A model generated the notes under the pieces. That model was not told the DNA's origin. It ran no database searches and saw only the letters and a list, made by a program, of their open reading frames with translations. Below are positions 8,836 through 17,167 of a DNA stretch of 64,000 nt, one piece after another. The DNA is from an uncultured bacterium (GTDB lineage: Bacteria > Patescibacteriota > Patescibacteriia > Patescibacteriales > UBA12465). The DNA lies in assembly GCA_942492765.1 (NCBI GenBank), contig OW818634.1, positions 153,159 to 217,158 of the forward strand. The letters run 5' to 3'. The position numbers and the translations under genes were made by a program. Every line of letters begins with the position of its first letter. The first letter of the stretch is position 1.

Positions 8836-9402
8836 TTATATTAAATTAACTAAATTTTTTATATCTAATAATAGCTCGGGAAATTCTATAAAACCAGATG
8901 CGATATTAAAATGACCAGCGCCTTTGATAACTTTTATATTGGTATTGAGCTTCTTAGCCAACTCATAAGCCTTTTCCAGCGGAACATATGGGTCATTATC
9001 AGAGTGATACAAATATATTTTTTGGACATTATTCTTTATTCTCTTCCAATCAAACTTTCTATTTACAAATTCCTTATTTAATTCATCAAACTCATCATTA
9101 CCCAATAAACCAGGAAACCCTGAAACTAAAAATATAGATTTAATAGGTAAATTAAGAAGTTCTACATACGATAAAATAAAAGAGACGCCCAAACTATGGC
9201 CAATCAAAATAGTTTCTGGTCCGATATTATTGCTTATCCTTCCGATCACCTTTAACCAGGATTCTAAATTTTGATTTTCTGGAGTCGGAAAGGATGGCAC
9301 ATCAACCTTATATCCTATGTTTTCTAATTCTTTTTTTAACCAAGGAAACCAATTTTCGCTTGGGCTACCATAGGTGCCATGAATTATAATAGCGCTTTTC
9401 AT
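8836..9402 (-). CDS. alpha/beta hydrolase, YdeN/RBBP9-like serine hydrolase
   Basis: IIHGTYGSPSENWFPWLKKELE, nucleophile elbow GHSLG, and late D and H residues (SDNDPYVP, GAGHF). Size is about 190 aa, as in the YdeN family. Confidence 0.75.
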   Translation of the reverse strand: MKSAIIIHGTYGSPSENWFPWLKKELENIGYKVDVPSFPTPENQNLESWLKVIGRISNNIGPETILIGHSLGVSFILSYVELLNLPIKSIFLVSGFPGLLGNDEFDELNKEFVNRKFDWKRIKNNVQKIYLYHSDNDPYVPLEKAYELAKKLNTNIKVIKGAGHFNIASGFIEFPELLLDIKNLVNLI

Positions 9403-9584
9403 ATGATTTAATTATAGCATAAAAATGATAATTAACTCGAATCAGATTCAAACTAGGATGCCTTTATTTACAATCGATTTTACTTATTTTACTCCAACAA
9501 AAAACATGAACTAAATCATGTTTCTTTATATTTTAGCTAATGTTTAATAATTCGTATCGGTCATAGACACCACAATGCTGTTAA

Positions 9585-9613
9585 CTCTGGGGCTGGGGTA
9601 TAGTTGGAACGTC
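9585..9613 (-). repeat. tRNA-3'-end-like remnant, copy A (GGGGTATAGTTGGAACG core)
   Basis: The sequence ctctggggctggggtatagttggaacgtc lies immediately 3' of the GDPD stop. On the minus strand it is followed by the hairpin+T-run terminator at about 9495-9530. It shares a 17-nt core with the copies at 11413 and 12208, with 1 mismatch. Confidence 0.5.
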
Positions 9614-9628
9614 TTTATAAAATCTAGT

Positions 9629-10318
9629 CTATATAAATAATCTAGGAAGGTCAGTTCCTATTTCATCGACCTCCATCGATACTAAACTATCATATAATTC
9701 TTTGCTGTTTACCCCATAAGCATAGACTTTTTTATTTGAACTATGTGCCTTATCAACAAAATCTTTAGTTATCATTTCAGAAAAAGGAGCTAAAAAGTCC
9801 AACTTAACGGAGTCCACTAAATTCCATATATTTATCATCACTTCATCTGTCCAAAAAAGAAGACCTATTTTTAATTTTGGATTTATTTTTTTTATTTCTT
9901 CAAGCAAATGAGTTTTAAAAGAAGTGATAAAGACCGTTTTTTCAATATTATTTCTCAAAATTATTTCATTCACGGGCAATGGAGTCCCGTCTCCTTTTAA
10001 CTCAATTTGAAAATCAATCTTATTTTTGCAAACATTAATTACTTCTTGCAAGGTCGGAATTTTTCCACCATCTTTGTAATTCAGTTGCTGTATTTGATCT
10101 ATTGTCATATCACTTACTAAACCGACGCCATCCGTCAAATTTGAAACCTCCTTATCATGAAAAACTACAACTTCATTATCCTTTGTTAATCTAACATCCA
10201 TTTCTGCTCTATCGCAACCAATTTCAATGGCCAACTTAAATGATTCTAATGTATTTTCCGTTGCATATCCCGCCGCACCCTTATGTCCTACAATTATTGG
10301 CATATTATTTATTATCAT
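9629..10318 (-). CDS. ugpQ: glycerophosphodiester phosphodiesterase
   Basis: IVGHKGAAGYATENTLESFKLAIEIGCDRAEMDVRLTKDNEVVVFHD is the GDPD catalytic N-terminal signature (H.G...ENT...F, E.D, HD). Confidence 0.85.
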   Translation of the reverse strand: MIINNMPIIVGHKGAAGYATENTLESFKLAIEIGCDRAEMDVRLTKDNEVVVFHDKEVSNLTDGVGLVSDMTIDQIQQLNYKDGGKIPTLQEVINVCKNKIDFQIELKGDGTPLPVNEIILRNNIEKTVFITSFKTHLLEEIKKINPKLKIGLLFWTDEVMINIWNLVDSVKLDFLAPFSEMITKDFVDKAHSSNKKVYAYGVNSKELYDSLVSMEVDEIGTDLPRLFI

Positions 10319-10325
10319 GATTATT

Positions 10326-11237
10326 TTATAAAACCAAATTTATTGGCTCACCATTTAAATATGCCTTAACATTATCAATCATCATATTACTTGCTTGTCT
10401 ATCGGTAACATCAGTATTATAAGCGATATGCGGAGTGACTAATACTTTTGGATATTGGGATAATCTAATATACAGGGGGTCAGCCACATTTCCAACTTGG
10501 ATTGAACCACAATCAATACCGACGCCTGCTAAAATATTGTTATCTAAAGACTCTAGCATAGCTTCAATGTCATATATTTGTTGACCTGTGACGGTTACAA
10601 AATAAGCTCCTTTTTTAAAAGAGCTAAAAAACTTTTTATTCAACAACCCAGTCGTTTCTTGATTTAAAGCTAAGGCATCAACAACGATGTCGGCGTTTTT
10701 TATGGAATCTAATAAATTATCGTCGCGAGTAAAACATCTGACATTCATTTCTAACATCTCACAAATCCTCCCTACCCTTGAGCCAATATTGCCCTTGCCC
10801 AAAATAGTAATATTTTTACCCTTCAATCCCTTTTCTGACTCCGGAGTAATCCCCACCGGAAGATCTAAATTATTGATATATTTTGGGAATTTTCTAAATA
10901 AATTTAAAATCATAGCTATCACCCATTCGCTAACAGCCTCCTTATTACAGCCAGGAGTTCTTGAAACAAGAATATTTTTAGCCTTTAATTTATTCGAATC
11001 CAAAAATCCTGTTCCTACAAAAGGAACAGAAATAAACTTATTTTCCAATTCATATAATTTGTCCGAAGTCATACCAAAACGACCACTACAAATAACGTCG
11101 GCATCTTGAGATCTTTCTAGCCATTCTTCGGGAGATTTTGGTAGATTATCATAATAGACAACGTCGCCAAGTTTATTCAATCTCTCTTTCTCTTCTTGAT
11201 TTAACCCCAAATCTTGGGTAACTACTATTTTTTTCAT
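10326..11237 (-). CDS. D-isomer-specific 2-hydroxyacid dehydrogenase family protein
   Basis: NAD-binding ILGKGNIGSRVG, a catalytic-region R/E/H pattern ending in VTPHIAYNT, and typical size (303 aa). Confidence 0.85.
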   Translation of the reverse strand: MKKIVVTQDLGLNQEEKERLNKLGDVVYYDNLPKSPEEWLERSQDADVICSGRFGMTSDKLYELENKFISVPFVGTGFLDSNKLKAKNILVSRTPGCNKEAVSEWVIAMILNLFRKFPKYINNLDLPVGITPESEKGLKGKNITILGKGNIGSRVGRICEMLEMNVRCFTRDDNLLDSIKNADIVVDALALNQETTGLLNKKFFSSFKKGAYFVTVTGQQIYDIEAMLESLDNNILAGVGIDCGSIQVGNVADPLYIRLSQYPKVLVTPHIAYNTDVTDRQASNMMIDNVKAYLNGEPINLVL

Positions 11238-11283
11238 ATAAAATTAGTATATACTATATTTTTAAAACTTTGAAGCCTAAAAA

Positions 11284-11302
11284 CTGGGGAATGGATTCGA
11301 AC
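11284..11302 (-). repeat. tRNA-Gln 3'-end-like remnant
   Basis: ctggggaatggattcgaac compared with the tRNA-Gln gene segment ctcggggatagggattcgaac (13150-13170). The T-loop GGATTCGAAC is identical and the acceptor strand is nearly so. Confidence 0.45.
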
Positions 11303-11412
11303 TAATTTAATTTAATAAAAATGGACTATTGGTTTAAACAATGAATTCATAGCCAAAATTTTCGAACTATTTTACTTAACAAAAATGAGCCTTTCAGCTC
11401 ATTCTTGTATAG

Positions 11413-11444
11413 TTGCTCGGAGTTTGGGATATAGTTGGAACGAC
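11413..11444 (-). repeat. tRNA-3'-end-like remnant, copy B
   Basis: The sequence ttgctcggagtttgggatatagttggaacgac is followed on the minus strand by the hairpin aatgagc-tgaaa-ggctcat plus a T-run (11385-11410). Confidence 0.5.
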
Positions 11445-11517
11445 TGTTCATTTGTACAATTAATCTAGCACTCCTTTGATATTATAAACCGGAATATACA
11501 TACCAATTATTTATTAC

Positions 11518-11546
11518 TTGACATAATATTATATATATGTTATATT
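11518..11546 (+). promoter_or_regulatory. sigma70-like promoter
   Basis: TTGACA (11518-11523), 17 nt spacer, TATATT (11541-11546), upstream of the 11596 start. Confidence 0.5.
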
Positions 11547-11595
11547 ATATATTATTAAGATCTTTTAAAATTACATATCTCTAAATCCTACATAA

Positions 11596-12156
11596 ATGAA
11601 AAGCCTGTACTATCTTGGAGTAATGTTTACAACGTTAAACATCTTCGCAAGCAAAACCGTTGTCGCCCAAGTCCCTGTTCCGTTTGGCAATCCTGCTATC
11701 CTTTACGATGTGGCTCATCGGCAACAAGAAAATAAAAAAAATAATAATCAAGTTAAAAGTAACGCAAGTGATGATTATTGGTTTTATTACACCGAAACTA
11801 AGCGTAACGCAGAAAAAAACATCGCACTACTTTTGAAAAAAACCTATCAAGCTCTTCAACTAGCATCAAATGATACAAAAACCAAACGTATCAAAACTGA
11901 AGGAACCATAATCTTTAGTATTAAACCAGGAAAATTCCAGATTAAAAATCAAAAAGGCAAAGCCGAAGAATTCGTAGGAACATTTTACGGTTACAATTGT
12001 CGAGTAAGCAAAGATTACATTTTTGTATCAGGTTATGGTCCTAAATTCAATTTTTCTGCTGGCCGATTTCATGCAGACTTATTTAGACTTATAATAACTT
12101 TGGATGATTTGCTGACAAAAATGCTTGCAGATATGGACCGTACTAAGACAAAGTGA
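11596..12156 (+). CDS. secreted hypothetical protein
   Basis: 186-aa ORF with signal peptide MKSLYYLGVMFTTLNIFASKTVVAQ. Lys/Asn-rich, no family recognised. Confidence 0.55.
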   Translation: MKSLYYLGVMFTTLNIFASKTVVAQVPVPFGNPAILYDVAHRQQENKKNNNQVKSNASDDYWFYYTETKRNAEKNIALLLKKTYQALQLASNDTKTKRIKTEGTIIFSIKPGKFQIKNQKGKAEEFVGTFYGYNCRVSKDYIFVSGYGPKFNFSAGRFHADLFRLIITLDDLLTKMLADMDRTKTK

Positions 12157-12207
12157 GTAAAAAATTGCTTACTCATAAAGAAGTGGACTCATCCCGCTTC
12201 TTTTTTA

Positions 12208-12240
12208 TTTGCTCCGAGGTTGGGATATAGTTGGAACGGC
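12208..12240 (-). repeat. tRNA-3'-end-like remnant, copy C
   Basis: tttgctccgaggttgggatatagttggaacggc has an 18-nt identity (tgggatatagttggaacg) with copy B. A hairpin+T-run lies adjacent at 12178-12207. Confidence 0.5.
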
Positions 12241-12349
12241 GTTTGATACTAGCCGCGTTAGCAACATTTCTTTATAACTATATTTAATGAACATTAATTT
12301 ACAAATTTGACCAAATAATCTATAATTATAATACTTATCAAATGTATAT

Positions 12350-12991
12350 ATGAAATTTGAATTTCAAGAAAAGACTGACGAAAAACAACTAAAATGGCAA
12401 CAAATTAGACATGAGGTTGAAAACATTAAAGATAAATTAGGAAAAGGTATAGATGAAAATATAAAATCTGTCGTAATTTCTTTGAAAGCCAATAATTTTG
12501 GTACAACCGGCTCTTGTGAAGGACATAAAGACTGGGCTTATCCCTGGCCATGGATTGAAGTTGAGTCCCCTTTATCAGAAGATCTACTAGATAATCCGAG
12601 ATATAAAGAGCTTGGTGCTAAAAGCAGGGCCTCTCGGCAGGGCAGTGATGTGATGTCTAAGGAAGATAATCAAGAATTAGAATCTTTAATTAAAAGACAA
12701 AAACAAGAAAATGAAAAAGAGTACCAACGACTTCAAGGATTACTGGCGGAATTCTACGCGCTACAATCAAAACAAAATAATGATAATTTGGCGAATAGTT
12801 CGAAATTAGGGATAATAAAGGGATCATGGAACCAGAGCCATCTCCAACCGCTTGAGGGTCCGGATTTAAGACCACAGGAGGCTCAAGGATTATGGTCTGA
12901 TGAAGAAAAAGAACAAAAACTAATATCGTATAGGCAAGAAATTAATAGATTTTCAGAATTTCTTAAAAATAAATTTTTTGATAAAAAATAA
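12350..12991 (+). CDS. hypothetical protein (charged, coiled-coil-rich)
   Basis: 213-aa ORF with no signal peptide and no recognised motif. A terminator hairpin (aaaaagagc-tttt-tagctcttttt) follows at about 13014-13038. Confidence 0.55.
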   Translation: MKFEFQEKTDEKQLKWQQIRHEVENIKDKLGKGIDENIKSVVISLKANNFGTTGSCEGHKDWAYPWPWIEVESPLSEDLLDNPRYKELGAKSRASRQGSDVMSKEDNQELESLIKRQKQENEKEYQRLQGLLAEFYALQSKQNNDNLANSSKLGIIKGSWNQSHLQPLEGPDLRPQEAQGLWSDEEKEQKLISYRQEINRFSEFLKNKFFDKK

Positions 12992-13045
12992 AATTTGATC
13001 ATGGAGGAAACAAAAAAGAGCTTTTTAGCTCTTTTTTGCATATCT

Positions 13046-13063
13046 GCTCGGGGATAGGGATTC
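13046..13063 (-). repeat. exact 18-nt duplicate of the tRNA-Gln 3' end (att-like direct repeat / pseudo-tRNA fragment)
   Basis: gctcggggatagggattc at 13046-13063 is identical to 13149-13166, inside the tRNA-Gln gene. Similarity decays just beyond (ggtgaatccc vs ggttcgaatccc). Confidence 0.8.
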
Positions 13064-13149
13064 ACCCTTCGCTTCGCTTCGGGTATAAACTTCTCATCCC
13101 TTTCTCAAAATAAATAAAAATACACCCAAAGGGGTGTATTTTTATTTAG

Positions 13150-13220
13150 CTCGGGGATAGGGATTCGAACCCCAATAAACAGGACCAGAACCTGTTGTCC
13201 TACCGTTAGACGATCCCCGA
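13150..13220 (-). tRNA. tRNA-Gln (anticodon CUG)
   Basis: Minus strand folds as TCGGGGA TC GTCTAACGGTAGGAC A ACAGG TTCTGGT CCTGT TTAT TGGGG TTCGAAT CCCTA TCCCCGA G. This is a full cloverleaf of 71 nt with the U1:A72 pair typical of bacterial tRNA-Gln. CCA is not encoded. A terminator hairpin lies downstream (13118-13146). Confidence 0.9.
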
Positions 13221-13224
13221 ATGA

Positions 13225-13671
13225 TTATTTTATTTTTCCAGCGACCTTTTCCCAGGACTCTACTCCGCCCTTCCTTACTCTGAACAGAGGGCGAGGATCC
13301 AGCTTAACTAGTCCTTTCAGCTCATTATAGCGGCTTCTATCGCGCTTAACCAGCTTCTTTAGCAAATGCGCGAATTCGTACTCTATCTGGCCACTGCTTA
13401 CTTTAATATTTTTTAATTTTTTTTTCAAGAGGCCAGCTTTGACCTGATTAAACTTATAGCCGCGGCTAGCCGCTTCTTGATATATCCCCAGTAAATAAGC
13501 CTTAATATGATCTACTGGCCTTTCTTGCTCTCTGAACCTTATCAATTGCGGATGACTCTTATAGCCTTTTGTCTCCCCTTCTAAGACTTTCTTAGCCAGG
13601 AGACCCTCTCGCCAAACCGCCAAAAGACCTTGGCGGTCTAAGTATCTAGGCGATAAGCTCCAAAGGCGCAT
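13225..13671 (-). CDS. pyrimidine dimer DNA glycosylase (endonuclease V / DenV family)
   Basis: MRLWSLSPRYLDRQGLLAVWREGLLAKKVLEGETKGYKSHPQLIRF matches the conserved Pyr_excise N-terminus (MR.WsLhP.YLD..GL.A.WRE.LLA..VL.G.TKGY..HPQL.RF). Confidence 0.8.
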   Translation of the reverse strand: MRLWSLSPRYLDRQGLLAVWREGLLAKKVLEGETKGYKSHPQLIRFREQERPVDHIKAYLLGIYQEAASRGYKFNQVKAGLLKKKLKNIKVSSGQIEYEFAHLLKKLVKRDRSRYNELKGLVKLDPRPLFRVRKGGVESWEKVAGKIK

Positions 13672-13675
13672 ATTT

Positions 13676-15172
13676 TTATTCTTCCTCTTTCTTAGGCTTC
13701 ATTAATGGGAATAAAGTCACTTCTCTGATCGGCTTATCAACCAAGAACGCGAATAAGCGTTCGCCAAAGCCGAAGCCGCAAGTCGGCGGCATGCCATGCT
13801 CGAGCATCTCGACGAATTCCCAATCCGGCATCATCGCCTCCTTATCTCCCCTATCTATCAACTTCTGCTGCTCTTCAAAACGTTTCTGCTGATCGAGCGG
13901 GTCATTTAATTCCGAGAAGCCGTTGCCGACTTCGGAGCCGGCGATGATTATCTGGAAGCGTTCGGTCAGCTCAAGATTATCAGACTTGGCTTTGGACAAA
14001 GGCGAGACGAGTTTCGGATGATTTATCAGGAAAACTGGACCAGCGATATTCTTGCGGCAATATTTCCATAGGGTATCAGTCAATCTCTCGCGATTGCTGC
14101 CTTCGTATTTAACATGCAGTTTCTCTAAAGCCGCCGCCATTTCTTTTTCCGTCGCCTTCAGGACATCTATTCCGGTCTGCTTCAAGACCTCGGCGCGATA
14201 ATCTATCTTCGGCCATTCTCCAGCTAAATCATACTCAAAGCTCTTAGTCGTGAACTTAGTCTTGCCGAAAACGCGCACGGCGATTTCCTGATATAGCTCC
14301 TGAGCTAATTTCATACCCATCTCGTAATCGGCATAAGCCCAATAGAATTCCATATTCGTGAATTCCTGAAGATGATCCGGGCTCGAGCCTTCATTGCGGT
14401 AGACGCGGCCGATCTCATAGACCTTTTCGTAGCCGGCGGCCATCAGCCTCTTCTGCCAGAGTTCGCCGACGGAAATGCGCATGAAGACATCTAGATCAAA
14501 ATCATCGTGATGCGTCTTGAAAGGATTGGCTTCCGCGCCGCCGGTCGTCGTCTCAATAGTCGGAGTCTCAACTTCAAAGAAGCCGCGGCTCTTCATGAAG
14601 AAGCGCACGGTTTCCCAGAACATCGCTTTCTTATAGAAGATATCTCTCAATTCCGGATTCAATAATAGGTCGAGATAGCGCTTGCGCAAGCGCTCCTCTT
14701 CGTCCTTCAAGCCGTACCAAGCATCGGGAATCGGGCGCAAAGCTTTAGTTAACAGTTTCCAATCGCTAACCATCACGCTCTTCTCGCCCTTATGGGTCAA
14801 GAAGGCAGAACCTTTAACCTGAATGAAGTCGGCGATATCGATGAATTTTAAAAAGCTCTTATATGAATCAGCGCCGAGATCTTTCTTGGAAAAAGCGATC
14901 TGGATATTGCCAGAAGCGTCTTCGAGATTAGCGAAAGCTAGATTACCGTGCTCGCGCTTGGCGCGCAGGCGGCCAACGATCGCGAAAGCCTCCTGAGAGC
15001 CGCTCAGAGCCTCAAAATCAGCCAATACCGAGGCGATCTCGCGATCACGCTCAACTTTAGCCGGATAAGGATTAAGACCCGCCTGCTTCAATTCTTCCAG
15101 TTTCTTCAGGCGTTCTTGGCGCTCGTTCGATGGCGCGATAGCTTCTGGCTTGGCTTCTTTGACTGCCGGCAT
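13676..15172 (-). CDS. lysS: lysine--tRNA ligase (class II)
   Basis: OB-fold N-terminal domain followed by class II motifs (FFEVETPTIE, YEIGRVYRNEGSSPDHLQEFTNMEFYWAY, GFGFGERL). Full length, 498 aa. Confidence 0.95.
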   Translation of the reverse strand: MPAVKEAKPEAIAPSNERQERLKKLEELKQAGLNPYPAKVERDREIASVLADFEALSGSQEAFAIVGRLRAKREHGNLAFANLEDASGNIQIAFSKKDLGADSYKSFLKFIDIADFIQVKGSAFLTHKGEKSVMVSDWKLLTKALRPIPDAWYGLKDEEERLRKRYLDLLLNPELRDIFYKKAMFWETVRFFMKSRGFFEVETPTIETTTGGAEANPFKTHHDDFDLDVFMRISVGELWQKRLMAAGYEKVYEIGRVYRNEGSSPDHLQEFTNMEFYWAYADYEMGMKLAQELYQEIAVRVFGKTKFTTKSFEYDLAGEWPKIDYRAEVLKQTGIDVLKATEKEMAAALEKLHVKYEGSNRERLTDTLWKYCRKNIAGPVFLINHPKLVSPLSKAKSDNLELTERFQIIIAGSEVGNGFSELNDPLDQQKRFEEQQKLIDRGDKEAMMPDWEFVEMLEHGMPPTCGFGFGERLFAFLVDKPIREVTLFPLMKPKKEEE

Positions 15173-15183
15173 ATGATTAAAAA

Positions 15184-15642
15184 TTAATCGATCTTGATGA
15201 TCTTATATTTGACTACGCCCTTCGGAGTCTCAACCTCCACGTTATCGCCCTTATGATGATGGATAAAAGCAACGCCGAGCGGCGATTCATTAGAGATCTT
15301 GCCGTTAAGCGGATCCGCTTCATTAAAGCTGACAATAGTATATTGCTTCTCTCCGTTATCAGACTTAACTGTTACCTTAGAGCCCATGCTCACCTCTCCG
15401 CTGGAGGCGGCGGTATCGACGACAGTCACGTTCTTAAGCGTATTCGCCAGTTCTAAAACACGCCCCTCGTTCAAAGCTTGGGCGTCTTTCGCTTCGCTAT
15501 ATTCGGCGTTCTCGCTCAAATCGCCGAGCTCCTTGGCGCGTTCGATCCTTTCCGCGATCTCCTTGCGTCTGACTGTCGCCAAGAAATTCATTTCATCTTT
15601 TAATTTGTCATAGCCTTCCTGAGAGATGATTTGTTCATTCAT
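15184..15642 (-). CDS. greA: transcription elongation factor GreA
   Basis: GDLSENAEYSEAKDAQ coiled-coil tip motif and C-terminal globular domain (ISNESPLGVAFIHHHKGD). Confidence 0.9.
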   Translation of the reverse strand: MNEQIISQEGYDKLKDEMNFLATVRRKEIAERIERAKELGDLSENAEYSEAKDAQALNEGRVLELANTLKNVTVVDTAASSGEVSMGSKVTVKSDNGEKQYTIVSFNEADPLNGKISNESPLGVAFIHHHKGDNVEVETPKGVVKYKIIKID

Positions 15643-15676
15643 AATTTTAGTTTAAATATTGAAGCTTAATTCAAAA

Positions 15677-17167
15677 TTAATATATCCTATTTGGCCGGAT
15701 TAGACAAGAGCAGATGACTATTATTCCTATGCCTAGCGGATGATTGAGATAGGGAGTGAAGATATTGGTGACGGCCAGGAAAATTAAACCCGCGGCCAGA
15801 CCGAAGAAGGCCGCTCGATTATTCTTAAAGCCCAGAACTACTCCGCCCCTGATCAGGCGATATAAGAGCCAGAGATAGGCGGCTAAGCCCAATAGGCCGA
15901 GCTTGAGCCATAATTCTAAGTAACCCCATTCAAAAGCATAGGTCGTATATATACCGGTTGGATTGCTTTGCAAGACGCGCGGATCGCTAGATTTATAGGT
16001 GACAGTCGCGCCATAACCCTGGCCCAGAATCGGTTCTTTCTTGATCTCTGCCATTAAGACTGGCAGAAGCGACCAGCGCGAAGCCACGGCGGCTTCGTTG
16101 CTATTAGATACTCTATCTAAGAAGCTGGCTCTAAAATTAGTCTTGTAGATATAAGGAAAGGCGGCGACGGCGTAGATGATCGCAAAGCTAAGACTGAGAG
16201 AACTTATCAGCCAGACGCCAGCGACTATCATTTTCTTAAAGGAATAGAAGCTCCAAACTAACACTAGAGAGAAAATGATCGCGGCGATAAGCCCGGCCCA
16301 GAAGCTGCGCGAGAAGCTGATAATCAGCGTGCTTAAGAAGAGACCAGCGGCTAGCAACGGCAGAATATTTATGCGCTTGAAAATATCTTTGATCTTAAAG
16401 TTAGCTTGGCTCGCCCAGAAGCACAGGAAGAAAGCGCTGCCTGAATATATCTGCCCCTGGATGAAGATGCGCGGCCAGCCGGCATTAGTTGGAGTCATTT
16501 CTCCGTTTAAGGTTCTTCTCAGCCAATTATATATCTCCGGCGCTATCGCCGCGTCATGCGTAAAAATATATAAAAAAACCAAGGTCTTAAGGCTCATCCA
16601 AAAAACGCCAGCCAAGAAGATAGTCTTTAAGCGCACGAATTTTTCCTCTTCTCTGCCCCCATAGATAGCGACTGCCGGGATTATCAGCAAAAAGAAAAGC
16701 CAGGCATTAAAATCTGAAAAAATAATACCGAGAGCGTGCCCTCTAATTAGGCCGCCAACTAAGGCGATAGCGACAAATATTGCTAAGATGAAAAATGATC
16801 TCTTCTCACTGAAGCTTTTTAGATTCTGAATATATGAGCTGTTCTTACCCTGCCGAGACGATTGAATTAAAAATTTTATCGCGAAAACACCCATGAAAGC
16901 GCCCCAAATCGCTATCCGGAGCGGTAATTGCCCGCCATCAAGATTAATGAAGAAAGAATGGCCCATCGAGCCGATGAGCAATTCGCTGACAAGCGCTAAG
17001 AAACCGTATTCTAGACGATAAGCGCTCAGAACAACGACGGCCAAACCTAAAGATATCAATATCGCGCCATTGAGAAACGGCTGGGCGAATGTTAAAAAAG
17101 ACAAGGCTTCAATAATCAGGAAGCCCGTCATGATGATGGCAATCTTTTTGAAATTTATCTTATCCAT
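15677..17167 (-). CDS. O-antigen ligase-like (Wzy_C) polytopic membrane protein
   Basis: 496 aa with about 12 TM segments. A large periplasmic loop and the central SRSFWAGLIAAIIF region are typical of O-antigen ligase/polymerase family proteins. It sits in a glycan-cluster context. Confidence 0.65.
   Translation of the reverse strand: MDKINFKKIAIIMTGFLIIEALSFLTFAQPFLNGAILISLGLAVVVLSAYRLEYGFLALVSELLIGSMGHSFFINLDGGQLPLRIAIWGAFMGVFAIKFLIQSSRQGKNSSYIQNLKSFSEKRSFFILAIFVAIALVGGLIRGHALGIIFSDFNAWLFFLLIIPAVAIYGGREEEKFVRLKTIFLAGVFWMSLKTLVFLYIFTHDAAIAPEIYNWLRRTLNGEMTPTNAGWPRIFIQGQIYSGSAFFLCFWASQANFKIKDIFKRINILPLLAAGLFLSTLIISFSRSFWAGLIAAIIFSLVLVWSFYSFKKMIVAGVWLISSLSLSFAIIYAVAAFPYIYKTNFRASFLDRVSNSNEAAVASRWSLLPVLMAEIKKEPILGQGYGATVTYKSSDPRVLQSNPTGIYTTYAFEWGYLELWLKLGLLGLAAYLWLLYRLIRGGVVLGFKNNRAAFFGLAAGLIFLAVTNIFTPYLNHPLGIGIIVICSCLIRPNRIY

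Noticed and set aside
9585-13063. Integron-like cassette array, with the repeated modules read as attC sites.
   Set aside because: - There is no intI-like integrase.
- Cassette genes are in mixed orientations.
- The repeats resemble tRNA 3' ends plus terminators, not imperfect attC palindromes.
12883-13065. 60-aa minus-strand ORF.
   Set aside because: It overlaps the 3' end of the plus-strand 12350..12991 gene, a terminator hairpin and the pseudo-tRNA fragment. It has no coding features.
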